From Prorocentrum cordatum (taxonomy: Eukaryota), in assembly GCA_963575745.1 (NCBI GenBank), contig CAUYUJ010000124.1, positions 62,001-117,937 on the forward strand: DNA of 55,937 bases, given 5' to 3'. The notes under the pieces are model-generated. The model was not told the DNA's origin. It did not search any database and was given only the letters and a program-made list of their open reading frames with translations. The translations under genes were made by a program, and so were the position numbers. Below are positions 55,401-55,937 of the stretch, in pieces. Within the stretch, counting starts at the first letter, position 1. Each line of letters starts with the position of its first letter.

Positions 55401-55937
55401 TGAGCGTAGCCTGGTCGAAAAGCTCGCGCAGGTCATCGGACGGGAAGCGGAAGCACGGGTCCATGTGGTTCTGCACGGTGCGGAGCCCCACCACCTGATA
55501 CAGGTCGTCCTCCGTGGCCGCGGCCGCCGCCTGCTTGTCCAGGTCCTGCCTGCACCGCACACACACGCCCCTGCACTCCAGAGCGAAGCCGTCCGGCGGG
55601 TCGCGCGGCGGCACCTCGTCCCACTCGGCCACCTCCGTGCTGCACGCGGCCAGCCCGTCCCCGCCGCGCCGCAGCAGCAGCATCTCCTCCGCGAGCTGCT
55701 CCGGCGGCTCGAAGGCCGGGTGGAACGCCGGGAACCGCTCCTGGCACTCGTGGCACGTGAACTTCACCATCCGCGTCAGGATCGCCTGCGCCGCCTGCAC
55801 CGCCCGCACGGTCGCGTCGCGCAGCTGCACGTCGTACTTCGCCACGCGCAGCGGCACTGTCTTCAGCGCCAGCAGCATGCACTTCTGGTGCACATCTCCC
55901 GCAGCCAGGCGCGCTCGGTGGTCAAGCAGAACCTCCC
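52468..55937 (-). CDS. RepHel segment 1: N-terminal Cys-rich/DUF6570-like region and HUH Rep motifs I-II
   Basis: CHEC..CRGVCVRC, NHMDP..P..L......E..LIA, NFISFPQD, AFPLEFPMGIGD..RPRRV...WVQHL, motif I GRHPSIWWTQN and motif II ARAECGAGGNLHYHG (HYH at 53044-53052). The frame is open from 55893 to the window edge. Confidence 0.88.
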   Translation of the reverse strand, partial: EVLLDHRARLAAGDVHQKCMLLALKTVPLRVAKYDVQLRDATVRAVQAAQAILTRMVKFTCHECQERFPAFHPAFEPPEQLAEEMLLLRRGGDGLAACSTEVAEWDEVPPRDPPDGFALECRGVCVRCRQDLDKQAAAAATEDDLYQVVGLRTVQNHMDPCFRFPSDDLRELFDQATLTESLLIALDHMQVHLATVSRTGLRKFRKNFISFPQDVAGFSRRHDLMKGFRVGDRVNSARGPGECPDDPRRPERMAAGCTDEERQRFGVDLHGRLVFPGRVVEVLLSGDVINEYDHGGRGRELQEHVEPRVVLPWHPRKVPFSLMLRRNVGFGKEVVEGLLVRWRYCGHVLRALCAFAGTYGPWRLGGTADEPMHKYYDPRLFDVLPDDEILASYAPRESEDGVLPSGGEAGEPEELGPVTEAEAIARDCVPCGVDVVTPRQFIAAGFDVHFVGPRDDAGREPAGREGDDARGGDEGGAEAAAEGDADAAADGEFDVGVEDEAMAVDHDVFSAWLDKAQFEYGGAVQRWWTGLQPEAEGQLKGLKFGDDETTEDLFGRLLAAAREDNAVKSVQRDRVAVDCVRVEYLVDWMRPRVQGRFAGAEGGVSRESVLDEVMLERAMAGTFVAAARDRDTGCVEENLPEFDEDEAVARTGERLIYGWPGQSEDPVPARAIGRFARAFPLEFPMGIGDLFDDRPRRVSVQDWVQHLMRYRTGQFVGGPRGQRVMWAMVNVLLLNEARGKGFGVFRTMYRRAGLGVQGPSVMTKGGLRQILESEDRVRILVGQLANVGRDVPSTTMHWSYESKKLQSTVKHLSWHPPWVEGTQADGAEPVGRRFRRELDLPAGKGRTQRGRALVPDVVGLGRHPSIWWTQNPFYNAAYDIQRMGGGPGAGAAGDRALGDWVGDGREERFRFARDNPDLVAYMMALRVELNMRMEMPAVLPHSEQFKYMAMARAECGAGGNLHYHGFSVGLPGPAVARVRADVDGEGEMLPPSVASDVAACLPSLEAGPLAWPLQERRRRGAAHAALEQVLRAVAGRPGQRAPRAPAGEGSAASGSCREDGAGDDEDEFVGRASALLDALVDRGWLVLVQGEVGVRGQGAEADVAFERVGPEDPAPEDEAGGDPVEDVQDGDGVEGRGAARGSRPAGVPTGPAGSD

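Larger units (their letters stand above)
40145..55937 (-). mobile_element. Autonomous-type Helentron/Helitron2-like rolling-circle transposon; 5' part lies beyond the window
   Basis: Colinear minus-strand ORF segments carry Rep HUH/Y2 motifs, PIF1 helicase motifs I-VI and EEP endonuclease motifs. The 3' terminus at 40145-40187 is subTIR GGAGCTCTACGAGGT plus an 8-bp hairpin. Confidence 0.92.

Noticed and set aside
1..55937. Reverse transcriptase for the site-specific inserts
   Set aside because: No RT motifs were seen in any ORF, so it would have to be supplied in trans. A role for the Helentron's own endonuclease in these insertions is unsupported by the sequence.

Overview
Eukaryotic, repeat-saturated DNA, almost certainly dinoflagellate: a near-perfect DinoSL plus two relic SLs lie at 16061-16098 on the - strand. 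No ordinary host gene is recognisable. (1) The right 15.8 kb (about 40145 to the window edge, - strand) is a Helentron/Helitron2-type rolling-circle transposon. Its frameshifted polyprotein reads HUH Rep - PIF1 helicase - possible Ulp1-like fold - AP/EEP endonuclease - USP (C19) deubiquitinase-like domain, followed by a CA-rich 3' region and a subTIR+hairpin terminus. (2) Bases 1-39.9 kb are a dense nest of non-autonomous relatives (HINE/DINE-like). I count about 38 hairpin 3' ends and at least three families, one carrying a 175-178 bp satellite. They insert into one another without TSDs and mostly converge on about 13.1-13.4 kb. (3) Most notable: four retroposon-like inserts (7422-7511, 13963-16098, 18533-20822, 39899-40140) have their 3' junction at the same nucleotide of the Helentron terminal hairpin. 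All have repeat tails, two have 8-10 bp TSDs, and one is capped by stacked spliced leaders. This suggests an undescribed site-specific retro-hyperparasite of a rolling-circle transposon terminus. All calls come from reading the sequence by eye; counts and some boundaries are approximate.
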